This document shows, one piece after another, positions 47,105 through 56,638 of a stretch of DNA of 64,000 nt. Both the position numbers and the translations under genes were made by a program. Below the pieces are notes generated by a model, which worked only from the letters and a program-made list of their open reading frames with translations, did no database searches and had not been told where the DNA came from. This stretch comes from a virus. Position 1 is the stretch's first letter; each line of letters begins with the position of its first letter. The DNA lies in the IMG/VR virus record IMGVR_UViG_3300021256_000014, positions 854 to 64,853 of that record; one strand, given 5' to 3'.

Positions 47105-47611
47105 TTACTTCTTGGGTTTCTTCCAAGGTTTCTTTACTTTTCTGGCATTATAGTTCTGCCAGTACTCTTCTTCTGACAGATTCCATCCACTCGCTCTATC
47201 TCTCGCGTTGGCATTTCCAGCGCGAAGCGCGCTTCTAAATCGTTTTACGCCATGAGCTCTTGAATCGTTGTATTTAAGGGCTCCATATGAGCCAAGAAGC
47301 GATGCCTGAGCAAAAGTTTTTCTGGAGCTCATCCTGGCAATACGCTCGTTAGTAGCTTTATCATGTTTCGAATAGAGTCGATTTGCAGATGCAACTCTCT
47401 CCTTCATCCACTGCTCTCTGGATGCCGCAATCTTTTTCCGCTTCTGATCCTTGGAAAGAGACTTATCTCTCTTAATTGCCTTACGATTCGTTTTGTACAT
47501 GGCCTTGGCGGCTCTAACTCGCCTATCATGACGGATCCCCCAACGCATGCCAAGAACGCCATAGTGCTGGAGAGAATCCCCTTCTCTTACAACAGCGTAG
47601 TATTCGCTCAT
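47105..47611 (-). CDS. basic protein with LxHYGxxGMxWG leader (putative internal virion protein)
   Basis: MSEYYAVVREGDSLQHYGVLGMRWG; very K/R rich. Confidence 0.65.
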   Translation of the reverse strand: MSEYYAVVREGDSLQHYGVLGMRWGIRHDRRVRAAKAMYKTNRKAIKRDKSLSKDQKRKKIAASREQWMKERVASANRLYSKHDKATNERIARMSSRKTFAQASLLGSYGALKYNDSRAHGVKRFRSALRAGNANARDRASGWNLSEEEYWQNYNARKVKKPWKKPKK

Positions 47612-48477
47612 TTTGATTTCACCTTCTTCCCCTTTTTAATGGTTGTGGTACCTTTGGCCACTTTCGGCTTTCTTTGATGAGGACGATCGGACCATTGGGC
47701 GGTGCCATCTCCTGTTTTCTTACCTTCTGACACTTTTATTGAGTTCGTATCAACGCGCCAGGAAGATAGAGAGGGGAGCCCCAACAGTTTCGCCAATCTG
47801 TTCCTTTTTCTATACAGTTTTGCCGTTGTCTTAGTTAGCGTACCGTCTTCGTTCTTATCCACTTTCTTATAATCCTTAACATCCCAGCCAAGATCATGGT
47901 AGCCCTTCTTTGCTTTCTCAGATACACCCTTAGCGGCGCGCTTAACCTGATACGTAGCAGCCCCGGCAGCCTTTCCAACACCGCTGTTAGAAATCTTTCC
48001 AAGAAGTGTTTTATCGTATTTGTTCTTCGCCTTCTCGTACTCGCCATAGGTTTTCTTAGTAAGGGCTTTGTCTTTTGCCAAAGTCTTTGCAAGCTTCTTC
48101 TCTAAATTTCCACCCGGCTTAAAGTTTGGGTCGGTCTTGATCATAGCAACGGCAAGTGCTAGATTCTTTCCCTGATTGTAGAAAGCGTCTTTCATAGCTT
48201 TGCCGGTTTTCTTTTTTCTTATGAGAGCACTTACGCCAACCTTATCGTCGACGGCTTTTACAGCACTCTTTGCGCCGCTTGCAACTCCTCCAGCAGCCTT
48301 CCCGGCTTGATACGCAGCGTATTCGGCAGGATTATAAAAGTAACGGTACTTGCTTCCTACCTGCACTCTGGTAAAATATTTGTGGTTCTTTTTCTGAGAA
48401 CCTTTCTTTCCAAAGCCAAAGAGGTGTTCAAGATGGTCATCCTGCCCTTCTCTGACTACGGCGTAGTATTCGCTCAT
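47608..48477 (-). CDS. basic protein with LEH leader (putative internal virion protein)
   Basis: MSEYYAVVREGQDDHLEHLFGFG; paralogous N-terminus with 57372..57917. Confidence 0.65.
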   Translation of the reverse strand: MSEYYAVVREGQDDHLEHLFGFGKKGSQKKNHKYFTRVQVGSKYRYFYNPAEYAAYQAGKAAGGVASGAKSAVKAVDDKVGVSALIRKKKTGKAMKDAFYNQGKNLALAVAMIKTDPNFKPGGNLEKKLAKTLAKDKALTKKTYGEYEKAKNKYDKTLLGKISNSGVGKAAGAATYQVKRAAKGVSEKAKKGYHDLGWDVKDYKKVDKNEDGTLTKTTAKLYRKRNRLAKLLGLPSLSSWRVDTNSIKVSEGKKTGDGTAQWSDRPHQRKPKVAKGTTTIKKGKKVKSK

Positions 48478-48485
48478 CTTTAACC

Positions 48486-50231
48486 TCACTCAAATGAATC
48501 TTTGTATAATTTGTAAACAACCCACGCGTCCATCAGAGCGGAGACGTTATCAATCTTCTGCTCGTAGCGATCCTTTAAAAGCTTCCTGTTTCCGTTAGTG
48601 TCCTCGATGGTTATACAGTTGCCCATCGTAAAAGACATGATCTCCTCGTCAAACAAAAGCTTCCTATCCTCTGCAAGATGCTTAAGCTCGCCAAGCGGTA
48701 CAGACTCGGTTCTGGCTCCCTGTATTACTTTCTCAACGCCAAAAGAGCCGTTCTCGCTCGTCCATCTTTCGATAAACTCTCTGGCATTGTAAGGGTCATA
48801 TCCAACCGCTCGAACATCGTAAGCAACTCTTCCGTTGATAAAGTCATACAAATTCTCATACACCATAGTCATATCAAGAGCAGTGCCTGGCATGACGATG
48901 AGCGATCCTTCACTTAAGAACTTCTCGTACTTCATTCTCATAGCCATCGGAAGCTTGTACAGAGTCCGCTCCGTTATGTAGCTTCTTGCCTTTACGCCAA
49001 ACCTGTCGCCGCCAAGCGGAAATAAGAATGTAAAAGCACAGAAGTCATCGCCTCTTGACAAGTCGCACCCCATGGCACAGGGAAGCTGCCAGAACTCTCT
49101 TTTCTTATGAAGCTTGGTTTCTTCATAAGTAAAGAAGTAAGTGTAGCCTTCCATCGGGATGCCAAACCTTTTGGCTAAAATATCATTTCGAGATGCCGGC
49201 GCTTTCTCGGCCCTTTCCTTATCAAGCTGGTAAGTTTCGTAGCTTACCGTCTTTCCAAGGTTGGGATTGGCTTTGAGCCACATTGCCGGATTCTCAACTT
49301 CCTTAATGTCGTCAAGCCTATAGTAGAAGATTGAGACATGCGGGGCGATATAGTCGCCTCTAAGGATGGACATAAGCTCCATTTTGATCGTGTCGCCAAC
49401 CGAGTTTCGAACCGTTCCTTCAGATGAGATTGCAAGGATTGTGTATGTTTCGTTTTTACTTGCGCCCTGCTCCAAAGTACCGATAACATCCTCTCTGATA
49501 TCGCCAGACAGCCATTCGTCAACCGAGTTTATCGGGGAGTTAAGACCCTGAAGCTTATCAATCGACATGGGTCTGACCTCAAGAAGCGACCCCGTTAAGA
49601 AGTTCTGAATTCCCTTCTTTGTTGAGGCAAGCTTTACTCTGTTTGCCTTAAGACCTGTTGTGTTCTGAAGAGAACCTTCAGTTAGAAACTTAAAGAAAGG
49701 ACCCCTTGACCTTACAATCGCAGTTCGAATCGGCCCCATGACCTCTTCCGCCTGTGGCATCGTAGGTGCCGTGGTTACCTGATGTGTTGTTGCAGGGTTT
49801 ACGGTTAATTCGTATGCCTGAATACAGGCAACATACATAGATTTGGCTGATCCTCTGGCCGTTATTATGTACTGCTTTTTAGTCAGCCTCTTCTTGTGCT
49901 TCCTCGTTACGTATCTACCGCCTGACTTATTCTGATACGGCTCAAAAGCACTGATTTCTTCGTAGTAATACCAACCGTAAAGCTCCTCTCCCCATAACTT
50001 GAACGAATCCAGCAAATGAAGGTCAGAGCCATCGGTAAGCGTGAGCTCATTCTCGCAGAACCTGATCCATCCCTCAACCGCCTGGTCGTCGTAGTAAACT
50101 CCCGGGTTTCTGATAAGGTCGTCGATCCTGTTCATTTCCATGGAGATCTCACGGTTTATTGGTATTTCGCCACGAAGCACTTTCTCCCTAAACTGTCCAT
50201 AGTACTTAGGAGTTGCGGTGTTTGAAAGCAT
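48486..50231 (-). CDS. terL: terminase large subunit
   Basis: ARGSAKS Walker A, SVDEW Walker B, GCDLS..DD, YDPYNA, KIDNVSALMDA nuclease motifs. Confidence 0.9.
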   Translation of the reverse strand: MLSNTATPKYYGQFREKVLRGEIPINREISMEMNRIDDLIRNPGVYYDDQAVEGWIRFCENELTLTDGSDLHLLDSFKLWGEELYGWYYYEEISAFEPYQNKSGGRYVTRKHKKRLTKKQYIITARGSAKSMYVACIQAYELTVNPATTHQVTTAPTMPQAEEVMGPIRTAIVRSRGPFFKFLTEGSLQNTTGLKANRVKLASTKKGIQNFLTGSLLEVRPMSIDKLQGLNSPINSVDEWLSGDIREDVIGTLEQGASKNETYTILAISSEGTVRNSVGDTIKMELMSILRGDYIAPHVSIFYYRLDDIKEVENPAMWLKANPNLGKTVSYETYQLDKERAEKAPASRNDILAKRFGIPMEGYTYFFTYEETKLHKKREFWQLPCAMGCDLSRGDDFCAFTFLFPLGGDRFGVKARSYITERTLYKLPMAMRMKYEKFLSEGSLIVMPGTALDMTMVYENLYDFINGRVAYDVRAVGYDPYNAREFIERWTSENGSFGVEKVIQGARTESVPLGELKHLAEDRKLLFDEEIMSFTMGNCITIEDTNGNRKLLKDRYEQKIDNVSALMDAWVVYKLYKDSFE

Positions 50232-50252
50232 TAAACCAACTCCTTTTCTATG

Positions 50253-51377
50253 TTATAGTCCGAGACGCCTTCTGTTGTTATCGGACAAATCGGATGTTAA
50301 ATCATCAAGATCTTTTAAAACCTCACTTATTGGTTTGCTACCACTACCCTTAGGTAACGTAATGTTCCTGGGTTTCGGAAGATCAGAAACCTTTGTGTCC
50401 CTTGTTGCGCTAGAGAAGATGCTGTAATCGCCATCCCCAAGCTTGAACCCAGAATCAAAGTTTGCTTTCGGCGTGGTAGGTGCAGGGTTAGACGCAGGTG
50501 CAGATTTTGGAGTAGAAGAATCATTCTTAAACACGCTCCAGTCACCTTCCTTCAGCTTGAACCCCTGGTCAATCTTCCCATGCCCGCTCACGCTTGCTTG
50601 AAGTTTTCGCTGCTTCGCCTCATCGCTTTCGTTTTCCTCTCGCTTGGTTCCACTAACGCTCTTAAGCCAGTCAAGAGTTTCGTTGTCTTTGATTCGATCG
50701 CTAGCCTCTTTGAGCTGCTTCTCGGTTTTCTTCTGCTGGTAAGCCTCGCTTGCTTTATTTGCCGCATCCTTAGCAATCTTTCCGGTCGCACTCTTAATCC
50801 GGTCGAAAATATCAGGATCTTTGTTATTCATCCAATCTCCGATCGTCATCTGCCCATCGTCGCTATCATTAAGAATGCTCTTAACATCAAGCCCAAACTC
50901 TTTTCTAAGAGCCTGTAGAGACTGATGAGCACCAGCTACAGCATCGAGGGCTTTCTTGCCTGTTCCAAGCGTATCAATTACCTTATCGATCTTTGACTTT
51001 TCCTTAGGCATGTTTTTATTAACCTGCCCGATTGCCAAAGCTCTTGCAGAGGCTTCTCTAAGCTCGTCAGTAGTCATAGAGCCTCGAAGCTTCATGATTT
51101 CGTTAAGATCGGCATTGGCGATAGCTCTTTTCTTAGCCGCCTCAAGGTCGGCTTTAGCTTTCTCAGCTTTAGCCTGAGCCTTCGCCTCTTTCTTTTCGGC
51201 TCTTGCAGCTTTTCTCTCTGCTCTCTTTTTAACCCGGTCTTCCGATCGTCTCTTTTTGCCGGCGGTCTTCAGTGTCCCGTCATAGTTCTGAAATCTTCGA
51301 ATTCCCCATTTCTGGCCTAAGATTCCGTGATGCTCTAAAAACGAGCCATTTTCCATTTCGTCAAAGTATTCATACAT
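50253..51377 (-). CDS. protein with LEHHGILGQKWG leader (putative internal virion protein)
   Basis: FLEHHGILGQKWGIRRFQNYDG motif. Confidence 0.65.
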   Translation of the reverse strand: MYEYFDEMENGSFLEHHGILGQKWGIRRFQNYDGTLKTAGKKRRSEDRVKKRAERKAARAEKKEAKAQAKAEKAKADLEAAKKRAIANADLNEIMKLRGSMTTDELREASARALAIGQVNKNMPKEKSKIDKVIDTLGTGKKALDAVAGAHQSLQALRKEFGLDVKSILNDSDDGQMTIGDWMNNKDPDIFDRIKSATGKIAKDAANKASEAYQQKKTEKQLKEASDRIKDNETLDWLKSVSGTKREENESDEAKQRKLQASVSGHGKIDQGFKLKEGDWSVFKNDSSTPKSAPASNPAPTTPKANFDSGFKLGDGDYSIFSSATRDTKVSDLPKPRNITLPKGSGSKPISEVLKDLDDLTSDLSDNNRRRLGL

Positions 51378-51382
51378 GGGTT

Positions 51383-51607
51383 TTACTCACCCCCTGTCTG
51401 GTCCTCCAGTGTTTTGCTATACGCACTTGAGCTGATCCCAAGAAGTGCCCCAAGGAACGTATCTACTGCAGCAATCGTGCCGACAACCTCTGTTGCATAT
51501 GGGAAGCCCCAGATCTTTGACAGCGCAAAGTAAAGCGTTCCTGCTGCCGGAAGAAGAATCTGCGCAATCCATTTAAGATAATCGTACATCTTATTACTCA
51601 TCTTCAT
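51383..51607 (-). CDS. holin, Dp-1 family
   Basis: SNKMYDYLKWIAQILLPAAGTLYFAL..IWG.PY..EVVGTI..VDTFLG.LLGISS. Confidence 0.85.
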   Translation of the reverse strand: MKMSNKMYDYLKWIAQILLPAAGTLYFALSKIWGFPYATEVVGTIAAVDTFLGALLGISSSAYSKTLEDQTGGE

Positions 51608-51983
51608 ACATAAACTCCTTTCTTCTCGTCTCTATGTCGATCTTCTCAGCCTCGTCTTCAGAAACGATCTTAAGTTTCTGGCAGGCATCATAACCGATCT
51701 TTCCATCTCCGTTCCCACCCGCTTCAAAGTACGGCTGGGCGAGCATCTCCAAATTGCCTTTTTCTTTGACCGTGATACATCCTCTTCGCACGTACTTGTC
51801 ACTAAGATAAATAATCTTGTCATGGCCGAGGGCAACCAGCATCTTCGACTGCGCTGATTCTTTAGCCTCTTCTTTTTCTCTCCGTCTATCTCTTCTCTGA
51901 AGCAGGTATATGACTAAACTCATAACTCCAGAGGAAGAGAAAGCGGAGATCAGTGCCGTAACAATTACCACATCGATCTTCAC
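51594..51983 (-). CDS. membrane protein adjacent to holin
   Basis: N-terminal TM; PY...GGNG motif. Confidence 0.6.
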   Translation of the reverse strand: MKIDVVIVTALISAFSSSGVMSLVIYLLQRRDRRREKEEAKESAQSKMLVALGHDKIIYLSDKYVRRGCITVKEKGNLEMLAQPYFEAGGNGDGKIGYDACQKLKIVSEDEAEKIDIETRRKEFMYEDE

Positions 51984-52002
51984 TTCTCTTCCCTCCTTTT
52001 AC

Positions 52003-52431
52003 TTACTTCTCGGATTCGATCCGGCGGATCTCCTTACGAAGCTCCTCCCTCTCGTACTCGGTCTGGGCCTCGTCGTACATTCCCTCAAGCTTCGCAATCA
52101 TGCGATCTTTAAGAGAATGTCCGCTCATGCCTCCATCTCGCGAGACATATCTACCCGTAACTGGTGATCTCATTGGCGCGTAAGCATTTGTGTTGGGGTT
52201 CATACCATCCATGTAAACTCTGGGCATTACGTTGCGCCTTGAGTACATGGAAGAAGAGTTATCCCATTCGCTTGACTCACCCATGTCCATATCGTCGTAC
52301 ATAAGCTCTCTGCGAAGCTTATACGCCTTGCAAAGCATCTCAAGGTCAGCGGAGGTGAGATCTTTCTTCTTGTTCATATCCTCGATGCACTCATCGAGAA
52401 TCTCCTTTGTCTTATAGGCAAGTTTATCCAT
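52003..52431 (-). CDS. hypothetical protein
   Basis: RS..TGRYVSRD...GHS motif; RBS. Confidence 0.6.
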   Translation of the reverse strand: MDKLAYKTKEILDECIEDMNKKKDLTSADLEMLCKAYKLRRELMYDDMDMGESSEWDNSSSMYSRRNVMPRVYMDGMNPNTNAYAPMRSPVTGRYVSRDGGMSGHSLKDRMIAKLEGMYDEAQTEYEREELRKEIRRIESEK

Positions 52432-52451
52432 TTTGATTTCTCCTCCTTTCC

Positions 52452-52889
52452 TTACATCTTCGGCGGCGTGATAAGGACGTTGGCTTTCTTCACCAGAATC
52501 GGAATCGGACTGGTATTTCGAATGCTAACGCTCTCACAGCACCCGCACCAGATCTGAACATTGGCAGCCCGAGATACGTTGAAGTACTCCTCTACAGCCG
52601 CGGGAGTAACTTCCATCTCAGTTGCCGGAACGCTGTTTCCGTCGAGTGTGATCGCTGCCGTGATAGGCTGAACGGTTTCGCCTTCGGGAATAGCAATGTT
52701 CGCGCCAAAATCGACAAGGTAGTTTACGCTCCGTCTGTTAAGGCGCCTGGTGTTTCCGGAAAGAAGAAAAACCCCGGTACCCTCTCTGTGCCTTACGCAT
52801 CCGCAAAGGCAGGGGGCCGGAGTATCGGTAAAGACAATGGTCTCGCCAGGATTAACCGTCTGGACGGCATTTGCTGAATATTCAGCCAT
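52452..52889 (-). CDS. BclA C-terminal-like beta-sandwich protein
   Basis: QTVNPGETIVF...YLVDFGANIA...; start after GAGGAGGTG. Confidence 0.5.
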   Translation of the reverse strand: MAEYSANAVQTVNPGETIVFTDTPAPCLCGCVRHREGTGVFLLSGNTRRLNRRSVNYLVDFGANIAIPEGETVQPITAAITLDGNSVPATEMEVTPAAVEEYFNVSRAANVQIWCGCCESVSIRNTSPIPILVKKANVLITPPKM

Positions 52890-52902
52890 GTGCCTCACCT
52901 CC

Positions 52903-53652
52903 TCAGCATCCGCAAGCGTTGAAGTTACCGCAGCCGCATCCGTTGGGATTCTGCACCACATATGCCGGGATCGGTGTCGGATTCAGAGCCTGGCGAAGAG
53001 TTGCTGTCTGAGCAGCATTATCGGCAAGGATCTGAGCCGTCTGGCCGTTCTGAGAAGCTGCAAGGTTTGCCAGATTGATCTGAGTCTGAAGGTTCGCGTT
53101 CTGAGCCTTAAGGGCATCGATCTCCTGCTGGCAGAGCTTGTCGATAATAGCCTGCGTATTCTGGTTCTGGTTCTGAATAATATCTCTAACCCCATTGGAT
53201 ACCGTATTGCGATCGGCGCAAGCCTCGGTCGCTACGGTATACTTCAGATCGGCAATAGCTGCCCGGTTATCGCAGCAACAGTTCTGAAGTCCCATGGAAA
53301 GTGAGTTGATTCCCTGATTAAGTGAGTTCTGCGCATTCTGAACAGCGAGGAGGCTGTTATATGCGTCAGAACAGTTCTGGGTCGTCATCGCGGCCACGGA
53401 TGCCTGAAGGCCATTAATACCGCCCATTACGGCCTGCTGATCGAAACCTCTCTGCAGGTCTGCCTGATACCCGTAAAACTGACCGCCATTACCTCCATTG
53501 TTTCCGTTCCAGCCGTTTCCATTGAAGGCTGCAAACAGAAGCAGAATCAGGATAAGCCACGCTCCGTCCCCACCAAAAGAGCCAAGACCACCATTTCCAG
53601 TTACAGCGGCTACGTCAGCAGCCGAAAGCCCATTATTATCTACAAAAGACAT
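52903..53652 (-). CDS. Gly/Asn/Gln-rich membrane-anchored coiled-coil protein with CCC motif
   Basis: WLILILLLF TM, QNCCCD, PTPIPAYVVQNP. Confidence 0.65.
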   Translation of the reverse strand: MSFVDNNGLSAADVAAVTGNGGLGSFGGDGAWLILILLLFAAFNGNGWNGNNGGNGGQFYGYQADLQRGFDQQAVMGGINGLQASVAAMTTQNCSDAYNSLLAVQNAQNSLNQGINSLSMGLQNCCCDNRAAIADLKYTVATEACADRNTVSNGVRDIIQNQNQNTQAIIDKLCQQEIDALKAQNANLQTQINLANLAASQNGQTAQILADNAAQTATLRQALNPTPIPAYVVQNPNGCGCGNFNACGC

Positions 53653-53926
53653 AATAAAGCTCCTTTCTCCCGTATAAGTTACGGGTAGATGTGGTATAAT
53701 TAGTTGCTTCTCGCGAGAAAAGAAAAGCCCGGGAGTTGCACCCGGGTTAGACTGTTCTCTTCTGTTAAATTAAAAAGAACCCAGACTAATGCCTGAGTTC
53801 TAAATGTGTGTTAAATTGGCTGTGGGGCAGGACTTCCCTGCATACAAGCATGGTATTCTGCTTGCGTCCTTGTCTCCCTGTATTGGTTGGGTGGGAGCAA
53901 TTAAACGACCCACAATATTGTGTGCT

Positions 53927-54013
53927 TTATTTCATGAGCTTTTCTCCGATTACTGCGCCAACGACTGCAACAACAATCCCAATAAGCGCAACAAGTGTAC
54001 CGACGATAATCAT
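53927..54013 (-). CDS. 28-aa hydrophobic micropeptide
   Basis: MIIVGTLVALIGIVVAVVGAVIGEKLMK; AAAGGAG RBS. Confidence 0.45.
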   Translation of the reverse strand: MIIVGTLVALIGIVVAVVGAVIGEKLMK

Positions 54014-54042
54014 ATAGCGTCTCCTTTAAATTGCCCTTTACA

Positions 54043-55995
54043 TTAGATGTACATTTTTGCAATCTGACCGAATACTGTTCCCATCTGCCTATGACCGTAC
54101 TGATTCAGATGTATTCCATCATTCATGAAGCGTGCAAAGTTCATGCTGTTTCTGTTCTGTGGGCAAATCTTACTTTCGTGGTACATATCAACGCAAGGGA
54201 TCGCCCATTTAGCACACGTTTCGATCATGGCGTTTACATAATCCTCAAGGTGCAGATTCAGATTATTGGTCTGATTATTAGCGGGATATGCTTCTGTTTT
54301 ATTCTGCGCAGGGCTTACCCTCATTATAGGTGTGCAGAAAACAATTCCGGCATCGTAATAGTAGTTCACTAAGTAATCACACATTTTATTCAGTGTCCCA
54401 TAAAACGTGTCTGTGGTATCGTCATTGATCGTTCCAAGCGGAACATCGAAATGATAGTCATTTGTTCCACCCTGCACAAAAACAAGACTTACATGCTGTT
54501 TCATGTTCTGCATACGTGTGTAGAATGAATTATCACCTGAACCAACAGGCGATAAACAAGTACCGCCGAATCCGTAATTGTTGACGGTTTTTATGTCGCA
54601 TAGCGTTTTTGCATACTCATACCATCTTGTGAAGTAAAATGTCCCAGTGCCAAGTGCATCCCTTGTGTTATCAGTGAAGCTGTCCCCAAGTACATTCACT
54701 TCATCATACTTGTACCCATACGGAAAAACTATCTTTGGAAATTCGATCAGTGATCCTGCTTCCTGATTCGAATAGATTCCTGCTCCCATCTGATGGATAC
54801 TCATACCGTCATCAGTGTGTCTGTAGTCAATTTTCCATATAAGTCTGCCATTTCTGTAAATCGAAAGGAAGTATTCGTCCTCCCATACCATACGCATAAC
54901 AGACCCAACCCAACTACTGACAAAATAGCCTGTATTATAATCGACCTTCTTAACACTTCCGTCTGCATTAAATGATGCTACGATTATCCCTGTGCCCTGA
55001 AAACCTAACCCGATAAAGCCGTCTGAACTATCTTTCGATACAATCATCCAGACAGGATTCCGCAGAATGGTAAATGCTATTTCTTCGGTTTTATTGAAAA
55101 AGCACGGAAGGCAACCGCTTACATTCCCTGTCTTTCGTGCGTATAAAATTCCCGCATCAGTAATCGAAAAGTGTGCGTTAGTACCTTCACTTACAATTTT
55201 GACCTCTTCATAACTGATACTATGAATATCGCCCTCGTTCTTGATAATTTGCCCTTTAGTTGTGAGATACTTTACTTTTAAAGCAAATCCGATTCGTCCG
55301 TTGTTGTTGAAGTCTGGCATGGTTTCGCCTTCGAAATAACTGCCGTATGTGGCGAAAGATACCCCCATCCACTTATTTGAATACACATTTGATGAGTTGT
55401 AGTAGAATATCCCAGAATAGCTAACAAGAACATAGAAATCTGTTGCAATATACTGGTTTACGGGAATCACCAAATCGTTCGCAGAAATCTTCTTAGTCGT
55501 TTTGTAAAGAATCATCCTGTTGGTATCGGTTATAAACAGTGTGGCATCATTTCCGCTTATAGCATTCACTGATAATTCCACACCACCGACATAACCGCTG
55601 TGAAAAGCATAATTGTTACCGACAATATCTGTTGGGTTAAACTTTTCTTTAGCCTTGTCGAATGTTTCATTCCACGACCAAAGTTCTTCTTCGGTATTCG
55701 ATAAGTCTTCTTTTAACGAAGTTAATTCGTCACCAGTTTTCTTAGCATCCGCCGCAGCGCCTTCGATCGATAAGGTATCGTCTACAACTACCGCTGATCC
55801 AACAGGGTCCACGTGCTCGTTAAGCCAGTCTGACACATACTCGCCAACGCCGCCGCCAAGCTCTTGCTCTATCTCAGCCACGTCTGAGTAAAGACCGGCA
55901 ACTCCTTCTTCCAGTCTGTTTAGATTATCGGCATTGATGGGAGTCTCAGTTGAAGGGTAGTTCTCCCAGGTAAGCCGCCTAAAATCTACTTTCAT
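54043..55995 (-). CDS. tail fibre/receptor-binding protein with C-terminal SGNH/GDSL esterase
   Basis: GDSFT, GGT, GGTND, DGIH blocks; N-terminal DDTLSIEGAAADAKKTGD fibre motif. Confidence 0.8.
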   Translation of the reverse strand: MKVDFRRLTWENYPSTETPINADNLNRLEEGVAGLYSDVAEIEQELGGGVGEYVSDWLNEHVDPVGSAVVVDDTLSIEGAAADAKKTGDELTSLKEDLSNTEEELWSWNETFDKAKEKFNPTDIVGNNYAFHSGYVGGVELSVNAISGNDATLFITDTNRMILYKTTKKISANDLVIPVNQYIATDFYVLVSYSGIFYYNSSNVYSNKWMGVSFATYGSYFEGETMPDFNNNGRIGFALKVKYLTTKGQIIKNEGDIHSISYEEVKIVSEGTNAHFSITDAGILYARKTGNVSGCLPCFFNKTEEIAFTILRNPVWMIVSKDSSDGFIGLGFQGTGIIVASFNADGSVKKVDYNTGYFVSSWVGSVMRMVWEDEYFLSIYRNGRLIWKIDYRHTDDGMSIHQMGAGIYSNQEAGSLIEFPKIVFPYGYKYDEVNVLGDSFTDNTRDALGTGTFYFTRWYEYAKTLCDIKTVNNYGFGGTCLSPVGSGDNSFYTRMQNMKQHVSLVFVQGGTNDYHFDVPLGTINDDTTDTFYGTLNKMCDYLVNYYYDAGIVFCTPIMRVSPAQNKTEAYPANNQTNNLNLHLEDYVNAMIETCAKWAIPCVDMYHESKICPQNRNSMNFARFMNDGIHLNQYGHRQMGTVFGQIAKMYI

Positions 55996-56007
55996 ACATA
56001 TTCCTCC

Positions 56008-56274
56008 TTATTTCTTAAACGCTCCGGCGCTTTGCCTTGCAGACTCGTACTGCGATTGGCTCACCATTCCGGAATTGAGCATCTGCTGTATGATCATGCC
56101 AGGATTGGCTCCATTTTGAAGCTGATTCATTAAAAGGTTATACTGCTGAGGGTTGATTGAGCCGTTCTGATAGCCCTGCTGCAAAAGGCTCATAACCGCC
56201 TGCTGCGGATTCTGCCTGGCCATGCCTATAACCTGCATCATGTTTAAAAGATTACCCATTAGACTCACCTCCAA
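56008..56274 (-). CDS. Gln-rich small protein
   Basis: NPQQAVMSLLQ / NP..IIQQMLNSG internal repeat. Confidence 0.6.
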   Translation of the reverse strand: MEVSLMGNLLNMMQVIGMARQNPQQAVMSLLQQGYQNGSINPQQYNLLMNQLQNGANPGMIIQQMLNSGMVSQSQYESARQSAGAFKK

Positions 56275-56635
56275 GCTCGGATAAGAGCTTATCTAGCTTC
56301 TTAGACAGACTCTCAAACTCTTCTCTCGACACCCCAGTATTTGAAGGAGCTTTCGGTGTAGTCTCCTCGAACGGAAACTCTCTAAGCGTCTCCGGAACTC
56401 CGTTTGTAGAGGTGGACTTGAGCCAAAACTTCTTAAGATTAAACGAGAGAAGCAGAACCGTTACTCCTGCTGCTACCGGATAGTTCTTAACCTCATCCTC
56501 CGAACTTACAAAGATCGTCATGATCGAGCCCGGGGTCTGCTGGGCCTGAGGAAGAGGAACCACTGTCTGAGGCATCTGGTTAAAGTTCATACCTGTTGGT
56601 GTCTGATAGTATGGATTGGTATTGTAAGCTGTCAT
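56252..56635 (-). CDS. hypothetical protein
   Basis: YPVAAG...FWLKS...VSREEFE. Confidence 0.6.
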   Translation of the reverse strand: MTAYNTNPYYQTPTGMNFNQMPQTVVPLPQAQQTPGSIMTIFVSSEDEVKNYPVAAGVTVLLLSFNLKKFWLKSTSTNGVPETLREFPFEETTPKAPSNTGVSREEFESLSKKLDKLLSELGGESNG

Positions 56636-56638
56636 TTG

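Noticed and set aside
45701-55995. Diversity-generating retroelement targeting tail fibres
   Set aside because: No reverse transcriptase and no TR/VR repeat pair seen
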